Shown piece by piece: positions 9,152-18,101 of a stretch of DNA of 64,000 nt; the stretch's first letter is position 1, and the number at the start of each line of letters is the position of its first letter. The stretch covers positions 28,688 to 92,687 of the forward strand of contig CAYJTM010000001.1 in NCBI GenBank assembly GCA_964373055.1. Direction: 5' to 3'. This DNA comes from an uncultured Planctomycetia bacterium (GTDB lineage Bacteria > Omnitrophota > Gorgyraeia > 1-14-0-20-64-10). The notes below the pieces were generated by a model, which worked only from the letters and a program-made list of their open reading frames with translations, was not told the DNA's origin and did no database searches. Position numbers and translations under genes: made by a program.

Positions 9152-11481
9152 GGAATCACCCTGAATAAAAGCACAAGGAGTAAGAGAAAGCTGGCAACGG
9201 ACCCGGTCGTCAGCCGCCTGAGCCAAACAGATTCCTTCGCCGTAAAAACAACGGTGGAAGTGCCCGGCGGCAGTTCAACCACCCAGCGCAGGCCGGAGGG
9301 CTGCAGGACAAGTGGAGATGCGTGTCCATTCGCATCCATCGCCCGAGCGTCCATCCTTCTTAAATCCAGGTGGACCGAGAGCTTCCCGCCTTTTTGTCGG
9401 GGGAGTGCGATGGCGACTCCATAGGGTGCGTGTTGGAGCGGCAGCGGCACTTCCGGTTCATCCAGAAAGTGGGCGACCGGTTTGGCGCTCGGATTCTCGA
9501 ACACCGCCCCGTACTCACCCTCTGCCACGCGGACAAACTTCTGGGGGTGGAGCCGCTGCAGATCGAAGTTGCTTAACCAGTACCGGACACCGTAGTCGTC
9601 GAAGCAGCCCGCCTCAGGACGGACAATCACGTCGCGTCGAGTGAGCATCTGCGTTTCTCTGCTGTCCAGGCGTTTCAGGAACGGGTTTCCCTCCCTCCGA
9701 AGCTCACGATGAACGGGCCCATAGAAATGCAAGTACGACAGCACAAAAGCCAGGCCCTGCCGCATCCACGGACCGTTTAGACGGATGGAGTACAAAACCC
9801 GATTCTGATACTCGCTCGACGCAGTCCAGTAGCCCTTCCAATCTCCTTCTGCGAGCAGCATCTCCGAGGCGCAGAGGACCCCTGCCCGGTAGGTGTAGTC
9901 TGGGATGCGCTCTTGGAGGAACCGAATCTCTCGCGGATGGAACAACGTCGCGTCCAATTCCGAATGCCTTGTGTACAATCCCCATCCATACCCGATACCG
10001 AGCGCCGGTGGCACGATCGCCACGAACAAGGCGATGACCCGAGCTCTCCCTTTCGCGTTCTTGGATCGAAAATAGCCCAGAAGCCCCAGCGCAATCCCTG
10101 CGCAGAAGAGGAGGGTGCCTCGGAAAAAACGAGGAATCTCTGTTCCAGACCCCCCTAGCCCAAGTCGGAAGACAACGTCGGTGAGTGCCTGTTCACCTAC
10201 CATCCACAACGCGATCCCTCCAAGGAGTGCCACCCCCAGGATCAGCCCATAGAGACGGTGCAGCGTCCGCAGCCCTCTCGGGTTCACATTCGTCAGGAGT
10301 GCCTCCATCCCCCCCGCGACCACAAAACCGCTCAGCATTGGGAAGGCAAGCGGCAGCCAGAACGAGAGCGGCCGGAACAGGGGTGAAGGAACCAAGACCG
10401 ATTCTACCGCGAGGAAGAAGATGCAGCACAGCGCAACCCCACGGCCAAGGATCCGAAAGGCGCTCCGCCGCGACTGCCAGAGCGCGAGAAAGCAGGGCGC
10501 GAAGAGGAACGATCCAAAAAACCAGGGGGCCGGAGGAGACAGCCTGCTGATTCCAAGTTTTGCCCAGAGGACAAAAGTCACGCTGGGGACTGGGAAGAGA
10601 AGCCCCAAGAGCTGCGTCGAGCGCGAAAGGTCGATCCCCCACCTTAATGGCGCAACTGCCTCCCGAACCGCTAACCCAGAGCCCACGGTGTAGAGGAGCG
10701 GCCCGAGGATCGGCATCCAGCCGAGAAGCGATCGGGGCCAAACGATCAGGAGCAGCGGCAACACGGAGCCCCAAGCATCCCTCTGCGCAGAGGTGCGTGG
10801 CGGCGCATCCTCTAGCGCCGGCCGCCGGCGGAAGAAAGCCATGAGACCCACTGCCCCTAGAAGATAGGCCTGCGAGGGAATGAGGGAGTGCGATTGAGAC
10901 ACGTACGGCTGAAGTACGTTGGCAAGGATGCACAGGATCAGGTGCCGGCGCTGCCTCGTTGTTAGAAAGAGCGCGTATTCACCGACGGACACGACCAGAA
11001 GAAGCAGGGCGGCCGTGGGATGAATCGCCGCTGTCCACATCGGCCAGGATGCCGCGAAGAAGGCTACCGTGGCCCCCGTCAGGGCGGCCGCCGCAGAGGT
11101 TTGCAGCACGCTGCGGCTATACGCGTAGAGGGTCAGGAAGACCAAGCTGTGCACCCCAACAATGAGCGCTCCCCATCCGGTTTGGTTTGAACCCAACACG
11201 ATGCTGATCCATCGGATGAGATGAAGAGGGTTGTAAACCACGTCATCGCACCACAGCCGCGCGTTCACCGAAAGGTCAAAATAATTGAAAAACCGTCCCG
11301 CCGCTTGGTTGTCGCCGAGCAAGGTGAACATGTGGGCCGCCGGATCGAGAGTCGTGCCGGTCAGGACGCTTCCCGAAGAGAGGAGGATGGGCCCATAGAA
11401 CACAAGCAGGCACAGCGCCAGCACGGCGAAAGGCAACACGCGACTTTTCTCGGTACTGGGAGCCAACACGGGGTCAGGCAT
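9148..11481 (-). CDS. YfhO-family polytopic membrane glycosyltransferase (GT-C-like), paralog 2
   Basis: 777 aa; clear protein- and DNA-level homology to 6860..9151 (tandem duplication). Confidence 0.78.
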   Translation of the reverse strand: MPDPVLAPSTEKSRVLPFAVLALCLLVFYGPILLSSGSVLTGTTLDPAAHMFTLLGDNQAAGRFFNYFDLSVNARLWCDDVVYNPLHLIRWISIVLGSNQTGWGALIVGVHSLVFLTLYAYSRSVLQTSAAAALTGATVAFFAASWPMWTAAIHPTAALLLLVVSVGEYALFLTTRQRRHLILCILANVLQPYVSQSHSLIPSQAYLLGAVGLMAFFRRRPALEDAPPRTSAQRDAWGSVLPLLLIVWPRSLLGWMPILGPLLYTVGSGLAVREAVAPLRWGIDLSRSTQLLGLLFPVPSVTFVLWAKLGISRLSPPAPWFFGSFLFAPCFLALWQSRRSAFRILGRGVALCCIFFLAVESVLVPSPLFRPLSFWLPLAFPMLSGFVVAGGMEALLTNVNPRGLRTLHRLYGLILGVALLGGIALWMVGEQALTDVVFRLGLGGSGTEIPRFFRGTLLFCAGIALGLLGYFRSKNAKGRARVIALFVAIVPPALGIGYGWGLYTRHSELDATLFHPREIRFLQERIPDYTYRAGVLCASEMLLAEGDWKGYWTASSEYQNRVLYSIRLNGPWMRQGLAFVLSYLHFYGPVHRELRREGNPFLKRLDSRETQMLTRRDVIVRPEAGCFDDYGVRYWLSNFDLQRLHPQKFVRVAEGEYGAVFENPSAKPVAHFLDEPEVPLPLQHAPYGVAIALPRQKGGKLSVHLDLRRMDARAMDANGHASPLVLQPSGLRWVVELPPGTSTVVFTAKESVWLRRLTTGSVASFLLLLVLLFRVIP

Positions 11482-12478
11482 GGGGACGGTAATAGATCGG
11501 CGCGCACCAGTGATTCTTAGAAACCCAGTCCGTATTCGGGAAGTCCCCTTCCCTCTTGAGGATCCGGTGGCAGGGCTGGTCGTACACCTTTCCGGTGGAG
11601 GGCTCCGCCGGCTCGAAGGTGATGAACTTGTAGTAGCCGGAGGTCATGCCCTCCGGCAGCGTCAGTCGGCGCGGGAACCGGGGATCCAGCACCCGCCGCG
11701 CGTAATCGTTCTTCCAGGCAACAATCTCCGGCAGCCGCTGGGTCTGCACACAGCCGATCGCGGCGGCGAACTCGCTCATTCGGAAGTTCATGCCCTCGAC
11801 GTCGTAGGAGTTTTTGCCGTAGTTGCGGTGCTTCCGGGCGAAGGCCTCCAGCTCCTTATGCCGGGTGACCAGCATCCCCCCTTCCCCGGTGGAGACGGTC
11901 TTGGTGGCGTAGAAGGAATAGATGCCGGCATCGCCCCAGCTGCCCGGTTTCCGGCCGTTCCATTCCGCGCCGTGCGCGTGCGCGCAGTCTTCCAACAGCC
12001 AGATCCCGTTCTTCCGGCAGTAGTCGGCGATCAGTTCCACTTCGAAAGCGATGTGCCCGCCGATGTGAACCAGCCAGGCCGCCTTCGGTTTAAAGCGCTC
12101 CACCTTGCGGATGAAGTCCTCGTAGGAGAGGCAGAGATCGTTTCGGTTGCAGTCCACGAACTCCACCCGTCCGCCCGCCTTCAGGACGGAGAGCGGAGTG
12201 GCCATGAAGGTGTTCGAAGGGCAAAGGACCGTCTCGCCCCGGACGCCGATGAACTCGAGAGCCGCCATTGCCGCCCCCGCCCAGCTGGAAGTGGCCACAG
12301 CCGGCAGGCCGTTCCACCGGGACCAGAGCTGCTCGAACCGCTCGGTGAAGGGTCCTTCGCTCCACCGCTCGGAGGCGACGATCGAATCCCACATCTCGTG
12401 CAGCCGGGGAAGATCCCGCCGGTCGAAACCGATCGAGAAGGCCTGGGACTGAGCCTGATCAGGAACGGAGAGCGGCAT
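11474..12478 (-). CDS. DegT/DnrJ/EryC1/StrS family aminotransferase
   Basis: Start at internal Met MPLSVPDQ (12478); ...SSWAGAAMAALEFIGV..., SFYATKTVSTGEGG (PLP lysine). The 105 aa upstream in the ORF track overlap the epimerase gene and are discarded. Confidence 0.78.
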   Translation of the reverse strand: MPLSVPDQAQSQAFSIGFDRRDLPRLHEMWDSIVASERWSEGPFTERFEQLWSRWNGLPAVATSSWAGAAMAALEFIGVRGETVLCPSNTFMATPLSVLKAGGRVEFVDCNRNDLCLSYEDFIRKVERFKPKAAWLVHIGGHIAFEVELIADYCRKNGIWLLEDCAHAHGAEWNGRKPGSWGDAGIYSFYATKTVSTGEGGMLVTRHKELEAFARKHRNYGKNSYDVEGMNFRMSEFAAAIGCVQTQRLPEIVAWKNDYARRVLDPRFPRRLTLPEGMTSGYYKFITFEPAEPSTGKVYDQPCHRILKREGDFPNTDWVSKNHWCAPIYYRPHA

Positions 12479-13403
12479 CCACCTTGCTCCAGCTCTGCTG
12501 CTGTTGCCGCTGCAGGGCCTGAGTCCAGTCCAGGTAGCGCCGCAGGCCCTCTTCAAAGGGGGTCGAGGCGCGCCAGCCCAGCTCCTGCTGGGCGCGAAGG
12601 GAGCAGGCCACCTTTCCCGAGAAGTCCCCCGGCCGGCCCGGCGTGTGCACGATCTCTCCCCGGCCGACGACCCGCTGGACCGCCTGCGCGATCTGAAGGA
12701 TCGAGACCCGGTCTTGGCCGTCCAGGTTGTAGACCCGGTTGGCGGCCGCGGGCTTAAGGGCCAGCACGATCCCCTCGGCCAGGTCCTCGACATAGATGAA
12801 CTGGCGGAATTGCTGCCCGTCGCCCGCCACGGTGATCGGTTCCCCCTTGAGGGCCTTCGACACGAACAGCGGGACGACGGCGCCGCTGCGGGCCCGGGGC
12901 CCGTAGGGGATCCCGAAGCGGAGGATGGTGTACGGCAGATGGTAGAGAGCCCCGTAGGAACGGCAATAGAACTCCGAAGCGATCTTGGTGGCGGTGTATA
13001 GGTGGGAGGGAGGCGGTATCGGTGTCTCCTCGTCCACCTCCGTTTCCGGGCAATCGCTGTAGACCCAGGTGGTGCTTCCGTAGATCACGCGCGGGGCGGA
13101 GCCGCGGCGGGCCGCCTCCAGGACGCAGATTGTTCCGCGCGTGTTCACCGTCTCGGCATAGGAAGGGTCCTCAAAAACCTCCTTCACGTCGGCGACGGCC
13201 GCCAGGTGGATGACGGCGTGGATCCCCGTCATCGCCAGGCGGAGCGCCTCGATGTCCAGGACCGAACCGATGAAATGCTCCACCCCCGCGTGGTAAGGCG
13301 AGCGCTGCTGGTCGAAGATGCACGGCTCCACGCCGTGCGCGGAAAGACGATCCACCACGTGCGAGCCGATGAATCCCGAACCGCCGGTGACGAGGACTCT
13401 CAT
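12459..13403 (-). CDS. NAD-dependent epimerase/dehydratase (SDR-type nucleotide-sugar enzyme)
   Basis: Start MRVLVTGGSGFIGSHV (13403, ATGA overlap with upstream gene); YxxxK present (YTATKIASE). Confidence 0.85.
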   Translation of the reverse strand: MRVLVTGGSGFIGSHVVDRLSAHGVEPCIFDQQRSPYHAGVEHFIGSVLDIEALRLAMTGIHAVIHLAAVADVKEVFEDPSYAETVNTRGTICVLEAARRGSAPRVIYGSTTWVYSDCPETEVDEETPIPPPSHLYTATKIASEFYCRSYGALYHLPYTILRFGIPYGPRARSGAVVPLFVSKALKGEPITVAGDGQQFRQFIYVEDLAEGIVLALKPAAANRVYNLDGQDRVSILQIAQAVQRVVGRGEIVHTPGRPGDFSGKVACSLRAQQELGWRASTPFEEGLRRYLDWTQALQRQQQQSWSKVDAALRS

Positions 13404-14374
13404 CTTTCTCCTTGTTGGTTCAGGTGACGTTGCAGAAGCCCTAAGGCCAACCGGGCGGCTTGGGTCTGAGACTCGACCGTGGCACCGGCAATGTGGGGGG
13501 TAATCACGATCTGGCCCGAACGGTGAAAGCGAAGCAGCGGCGACCGGTCTTGGGTTCCCAGGGTTTCCCCCTCCAGAACGTCCAGGCCGACCCGAAGGTC
13601 GGGCCGCCGATCGAGAACGGTTGCCAGGTCCCTTTCCACCAGGACCTCGCCACGGGAGGTGTTCACCAGGCACGCCCCGGCTTTAAGCCGGCCCAACAAC
13701 GCGGCGGTGACCATTCCGGTTGTTTCCCGGCTCAAGGAACAGCAAATGCAGACCGCGTCGGATCGGCTGAACAGATCTTCCAAGGAAACGGCCGGAGCGG
13801 CGGCGGAAACAACGAGCGGATCGTGGTAAACAACCTGGGCGTCGAAGGCCGCGCAGTACCGGGCGACCCGCCGTCCGATCCGGCCGAAACCGACCAGGCC
13901 GACCTGTTTCCCCTGCAGCTCATACCCCCGCAGCAGCTCCTCGCGGTCCCGCCAGCGGCCTTCCGAGACTTCTCGGATCGCCGTGTCCAGGCGCCGCAGC
14001 GTGTTGAGCAACAGCAGGAACGTGAACTCCGCGCTGGCCGAGATCTCGTTCAACCCCTCCCGGTCATCCAGCAGGCTGTAGACGGCGACGCCCCGTTCCC
14101 GGCAGGCCTTGAGATCCAAGTGATTGCTTCCGGTGGAGGGAGTCACGATCACCGACAGGGCCGGGAGATCCCGAAGCACGGCGCCGTCCACGTGGAATTG
14201 CTGGCCCGGATTGACCACCCAAGCCGTGAGCCCGGGGTCCGGCAGGAGCTCTTCCCGCTTCCAGATCTCACGGAAGGCGGTCGGCATCAGGCGCCGGAAC
14301 TCCCCCTGGAGATCCCCCAGGAAAGAGAACGGCGCGCTAAAAAGGCAGGAAGCGGTCTGGGTTTTAATCATCAT
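13400..14374 (-). CDS. D-isomer-specific 2-hydroxyacid dehydrogenase family protein
   Basis: Start MMIKTQ (14374, ATGA overlap); GLVGFGRIGRRVA NAD-binding motif; catalytic His region ITPHIAG. Confidence 0.78.
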   Translation of the reverse strand: MMIKTQTASCLFSAPFSFLGDLQGEFRRLMPTAFREIWKREELLPDPGLTAWVVNPGQQFHVDGAVLRDLPALSVIVTPSTGSNHLDLKACRERGVAVYSLLDDREGLNEISASAEFTFLLLLNTLRRLDTAIREVSEGRWRDREELLRGYELQGKQVGLVGFGRIGRRVARYCAAFDAQVVYHDPLVVSAAAPAVSLEDLFSRSDAVCICCSLSRETTGMVTAALLGRLKAGACLVNTSRGEVLVERDLATVLDRRPDLRVGLDVLEGETLGTQDRSPLLRFHRSGQIVITPHIAGATVESQTQAARLALGLLQRHLNQQGER

Positions 14375-15069
14375 CGGACCACCTCCCTGACTCGGTCCGA
14401 AAGCCTCCGGAACTCCTCCGGGGTCGCGCTGAGCGCGTGGTCCCGGATCACGGTCGAGCTCTTGTCCATCGTGAAATGCTTTTCCAGGTAGCGGGCGCCC
14501 CGGTCGATCGCCAGGAAGCAGGCGGAGAGATCGAGGCAGTGGTCGCTGTAGCCGTAGTAGCCCGATTCTTCGAACCGCTCCGGAAACCCCGCAAGGTCCG
14601 ACCCGAAGGCCGGATATTTGGAGCGGCAATAGATGTAGAAAAGGGTTTTTCCGTCCGGCGGCCCGAACGGGAACCGGGGTTCATCCCACATCCCCAGGGA
14701 GACGAAGGTCGGCTTCCCCTCCGCCAGGATCTTGCGGACGAGCTCCGGGCGATCCACCACGGTGCGGGAGGCCACCTTGTAGCGCGGAAGCTCCAATTCC
14801 CGCGCCCACTCCAGCGCCTCCTCCGTGAAGAGTGAGGCCATCAGCTCGATACCGGTTTCCACGCACCAGTCTTTCAGCCGGCGTACCCGCCCGAGGTCCA
14901 TCGCGTTGATCTCCCCCGGCCCGGATCTCCAGCCGAACTGGAACTTGGCGGCGTCCGCCCCGGCGAGCTTCGCCTGGCGGATCATCTCCCGGGCGCGATC
15001 CCAATCTCCGTCGTGGTTCAGCCCGATCTCAGCAACAAGCAGCATGGAGGGGCTCCAGGCATTTTTCAA
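14371..15069 (-). CDS. NeuB-like nonulosonic/ulosonic acid synthase, short form (232 aa, no SAF domain)
   Basis: VAEIGLNHDGD, AKFQ, YKVAS, GYSDHCLD, EKHFTMDK...RDHALSATPEE; second NeuB paralog in window. The start may be the internal Met at 15045. Confidence 0.72.
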   Translation of the reverse strand: MKNAWSPSMLLVAEIGLNHDGDWDRAREMIRQAKLAGADAAKFQFGWRSGPGEINAMDLGRVRRLKDWCVETGIELMASLFTEEALEWARELELPRYKVASRTVVDRPELVRKILAEGKPTFVSLGMWDEPRFPFGPPDGKTLFYIYCRSKYPAFGSDLAGFPERFEESGYYGYSDHCLDLSACFLAIDRGARYLEKHFTMDKSSTVIRDHALSATPEEFRRLSDRVREVVR

Positions 15070-15949
15070 AAGGGGCGGTGAACTCCACCATGTTCCGCCT
15101 CAGGTGAAACGGGGAGGTCTCATCGGTGTTGAAGCCGAAGAGGGCCGTGCAGGAAAGGGAGAAGCCGGCCGACCGCAGCAGGGCGACCGTCTCCTCATCG
15201 AAATGCCCCTCCTGCCCCTCCGGGTAGGAGAAAAGATCTACCGGCTCTCCCAGCTGGCGTTCGATGGCCTGCCGGCTGCCTTGGATCTGGGACTCTTTCC
15301 CTTCCCGGCTCAGATGGGTGAGGATCGCATGGTCCACCGTATGCGCGCCGAACTCGCAGAGACCGGAGCGCCGCATCTGCCGGACCTGATCCCAGGAAAG
15401 GGTGCGGTAATCGGGATAATCGTATCGGGGGTCCACACCCAGCCGCTGCTGCATCTGCGCCAGAACGGGCTCGATCAGACCCGGGGTCTGCTTCAAGGCG
15501 GCCTTGATCTGGCACAGCGCCGCCCTGCGGTCGTCCGGTGTCCGAAGGAGAAACCCAAGCTGCAGGGCGGGCAGGAAAAAATCCGCCTGAGCGGTTTCGT
15601 TGAGGAGGTACTCCACCTTGTCCACCCAGAAAACCCTCTCGGTTCCGATGTGGCCGGAGGAGAGAAAGAAGGTGGCCGGGATGCGCAGCCGTTCCAGGAT
15701 GGGAAACGCCACGTTGTAGTTGTTCTCAAACCCGTCGTCGAAGGTCACGGCGACCGAGCTCTCCGGCAGGGCCCGCCGGGAACTCAGGCGGACCAGCTCG
15801 CGCAGAGACAGGACTTGGTATTCCGCCGCAAGCCGCTCCATCTGACGCTTAAATTCCCCCGCGGGGATCTGCTTGCGGGACGAGTTCTCGATCCCGCGGT
15901 GATTCTGCTCCGTGACGCCGTGGTAAAGGAGGATGACGAATCGACTCAT
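15029..15949 (-). CDS. Polysaccharide deacetylase (NodB-like), second copy
   Basis: Start MSRFVILLYHGV (15949, ATGA overlap); VTFDDGFENNY, HTVDH motifs. Confidence 0.8.
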   Translation of the reverse strand: MSRFVILLYHGVTEQNHRGIENSSRKQIPAGEFKRQMERLAAEYQVLSLRELVRLSSRRALPESSVAVTFDDGFENNYNVAFPILERLRIPATFFLSSGHIGTERVFWVDKVEYLLNETAQADFFLPALQLGFLLRTPDDRRAALCQIKAALKQTPGLIEPVLAQMQQRLGVDPRYDYPDYRTLSWDQVRQMRRSGLCEFGAHTVDHAILTHLSREGKESQIQGSRQAIERQLGEPVDLFSYPEGQEGHFDEETVALLRSAGFSLSCTALFGFNTDETSPFHLRRNMVEFTAPFEKCLEPLHAACC

Positions 15950-16653
15950 GGGGCCATCCCATCCAGGTGTCGCTGCAGGCGCCGGCCGGCCAGCCACCGC
16001 TTGAGGGGCCCGATGGCGGAGAGGGTGGTGCCCCGGGTCAGGTCCTGGGGCACGGCGGCAGGGAGATTCCCGAGCTGAAGCTCGCTCAGGATCTGCTCCG
16101 CCATCTCGGCGGCCAGGAGTGTGGTGTGATAACGCAGGTGGTGTGCTCTCATGCCGGACCGCAGCTGCAGCCGGCGCTGGAGGAGCACTGGGCCGGTGTC
16201 CAGCTTCTCCTCGAGGAGGTGGAGGGTCGTCCCGACGTTGCCGAAATCCCGCTGGTACACGGCCCAGAGGTCGGAATCCAGGCCCCGGTAATCGGGCAGG
16301 ATTCCCCGATGGACGTTGAGGCTGAGACGTCCCAGCCGGTAGACCGCCGGGAGGATCCGGCCGGTCCCGAAGGTAACGAGCAGATCCGGTTGGACCCGGC
16401 GGATCAGGGCTTCGCATTCCGGCTGATTCCCGCTGCGGAACCGATGGAGGCCTCCCGGCGCCTCGAACCGCTCCGAAGCGCCGTTGAACGACTGCTGCTC
16501 AAACCGGTCCTGGAGGCGCCCGAAAGGCGAGTGGGCCGGACGCGCCGGGCCTTTTTCCTCCAGCACGACGGTTAACTCCGCGCAGCGGGCGATGCGGCCC
16601 GCGAAGTACCGGTGGTGACGGGTGTCCGTCGTCAGCAGCAGGCAGCGGATCAC
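15946..16653 (-). CDS. Formyltransferase (Fmt/ArnA N-domain-like; probable sugar N-formyltransferase)
   Basis: 235 aa; SLNVHRGILPDYRGLDS matches the formyl_trans_N catalytic His/Asp region. Confidence 0.75.
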   Translation of the reverse strand: MIRCLLLTTDTRHHRYFAGRIARCAELTVVLEEKGPARPAHSPFGRLQDRFEQQSFNGASERFEAPGGLHRFRSGNQPECEALIRRVQPDLLVTFGTGRILPAVYRLGRLSLNVHRGILPDYRGLDSDLWAVYQRDFGNVGTTLHLLEEKLDTGPVLLQRRLQLRSGMRAHHLRYHTTLLAAEMAEQILSELQLGNLPAAVPQDLTRGTTLSAIGPLKRWLAGRRLQRHLDGMAP

Positions 16654-18101
16654 GGGGCCACCTTCTCCGGTGCTCCGGTTCTCGGGACCGGGGTCTGCGC
16701 AGCTGACGCCTGATGTGCCTGCCGCTGCCGCAGCAGGAACTCGATCAGCTGCAGATCGAAGGGGGTTTTGATCTGGAGACTTTCCTCCCGCGTCATCGTG
16801 ATGTGGCCAACCCTGCGGCCGACGAGATCCTGTTCGGTCAGGATGTCCCGCCAGAGGGCCCGGATCGCCCCGTTGCTCTCGTACAGGCCCTCCCGTTCGA
16901 GGCGGATCTGCCGGTGCATCGCCGGGTTGAGCGGCGTCAGCCCGTTCGGGCCGTGCACGAAATGGAGGTCGGTGTCTTCGCAGACGCTCACCACGCTGTC
17001 GGCCTCATACAGGATCAGGGTGTTCACCGCTTCGCGGATGTGCGCGGCGGTGCGCAGAGGCGCGTGCACGCTCAGCAGCACCAGGATGTCCGGCCTGCTC
17101 CCAAGCTTTTGTTCCAGGTGGGTCACCGCGTCCAGCGCCACTTCGGCTTCCGAGGTCCTCTCCCCGGAGAGCCCCGGAGAGCGCAGCATCGCGGAGATCC
17201 CCTGGACGCCCTGGCAGTGCCGCGCCACCTCGGGGTCATCGGTGCTGACCAGGATCTGCTCGAACAGCTCGGCCTGCAGCGCAGCCTCCAGCGTGTAGTC
17301 GATGAGCCGGGCCCCGGAGAGCTCTTTCAGCACGACGTTGGGCAGATGGGCGTAGCTGTTTTTCGCCTGCACGATCGCGGCGATCTTCAAGCCCGCCGTG
17401 CTGTTTCGGCTATCCACCATCGCCTGCTTGATTTGGCGGCGGGCCTCCAACAGACGCTCCTGCTTGCTGGACTGGGAATCGGCATGCTGACGGTAGAAAA
17501 AGAGGGGCGTCGCCACATTGGCGATCTCGTGCTGGGGGAGCAGCTTCAGCCACAACTCGTATCCGTCCTGGGCGCTGTGGCGCTCGTCATAGCCGCCCAG
17601 CTTTTTCAGCACCTCCCTGCGGACCAGCGTGCCGGCCCCGTGAGCGGGCAGGTCCAGGAACTGGGCCTCCTTCCCGATCCGTTTGCGGTGCTCCACGCCG
17701 AGGTAGTTGCCGGCTTCGTCCACGTAGATGTAGTTCGGGTAAACGAGTGCCACCTCCGGATGCCGATCCAAATAAGAGGTCAACACGAGCAGCGCGTTCT
17801 CATCCAGGAAATCGTCGGCGTCCAGCCGCAGGATAGTGTCGCCCCGCGCCGCTTGCAGCGCGGCATTGGCGCCAAACTGCAATCCGCGCGGCGGCGAATG
17901 CCGGATCACCCGGATCCGGTCCGGATGCTCCTTCTGGAAGCCCTCCGCCACCCGCGCCGTCTCATCCTCGGAGCCGTCGTCCACGATGATCAGCTCCCAA
18001 TCCGCGCGGCTCTGGCTCAAGACCGACTCGATGGCCTGCGCGAGATACCGCCCGTAATGGCGGCACGGGATGTAAACCGTCACCTTGGGGATCGAGCTCA
18101 T
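16650..18101 (-). CDS. Bifunctional: N-terminal GT2 glycosyltransferase + C-terminal acylneuraminate (CMP-NeuAc) cytidylyltransferase-like domain
   Basis: Start MSSIPKVTVYIPC (18101, ATGA overlap). N-terminal IIVDDGSEDET...DADD is GT2. C-terminal KIAAIVQAKNSYAHLPNVVLKELSGARLIDYTLEAA...LLSVHAPLR...ESNGAIRAL matches CTP_transf_3. Confidence 0.78.
   Translation of the reverse strand: MSSIPKVTVYIPCRHYGRYLAQAIESVLSQSRADWELIIVDDGSEDETARVAEGFQKEHPDRIRVIRHSPPRGLQFGANAALQAARGDTILRLDADDFLDENALLVLTSYLDRHPEVALVYPNYIYVDEAGNYLGVEHRKRIGKEAQFLDLPAHGAGTLVRREVLKKLGGYDERHSAQDGYELWLKLLPQHEIANVATPLFFYRQHADSQSSKQERLLEARRQIKQAMVDSRNSTAGLKIAAIVQAKNSYAHLPNVVLKELSGARLIDYTLEAALQAELFEQILVSTDDPEVARHCQGVQGISAMLRSPGLSGERTSEAEVALDAVTHLEQKLGSRPDILVLLSVHAPLRTAAHIREAVNTLILYEADSVVSVCEDTDLHFVHGPNGLTPLNPAMHRQIRLEREGLYESNGAIRALWRDILTEQDLVGRRVGHITMTREESLQIKTPFDLQLIEFLLRQRQAHQASAAQTPVPRTGAPEKVAP

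Noticed and set aside
11474-12793. ORF-track N-terminal extensions, e.g. first 105 aa of 11474..12793, first 90 aa of 12459..13673, first 242 aa of 39716..41140
   Set aside because: The extensions overlap the upstream genes in another frame, are G/P/R-rich, and family alignments begin at internal Met or GTG codons sitting on the upstream stop codons.
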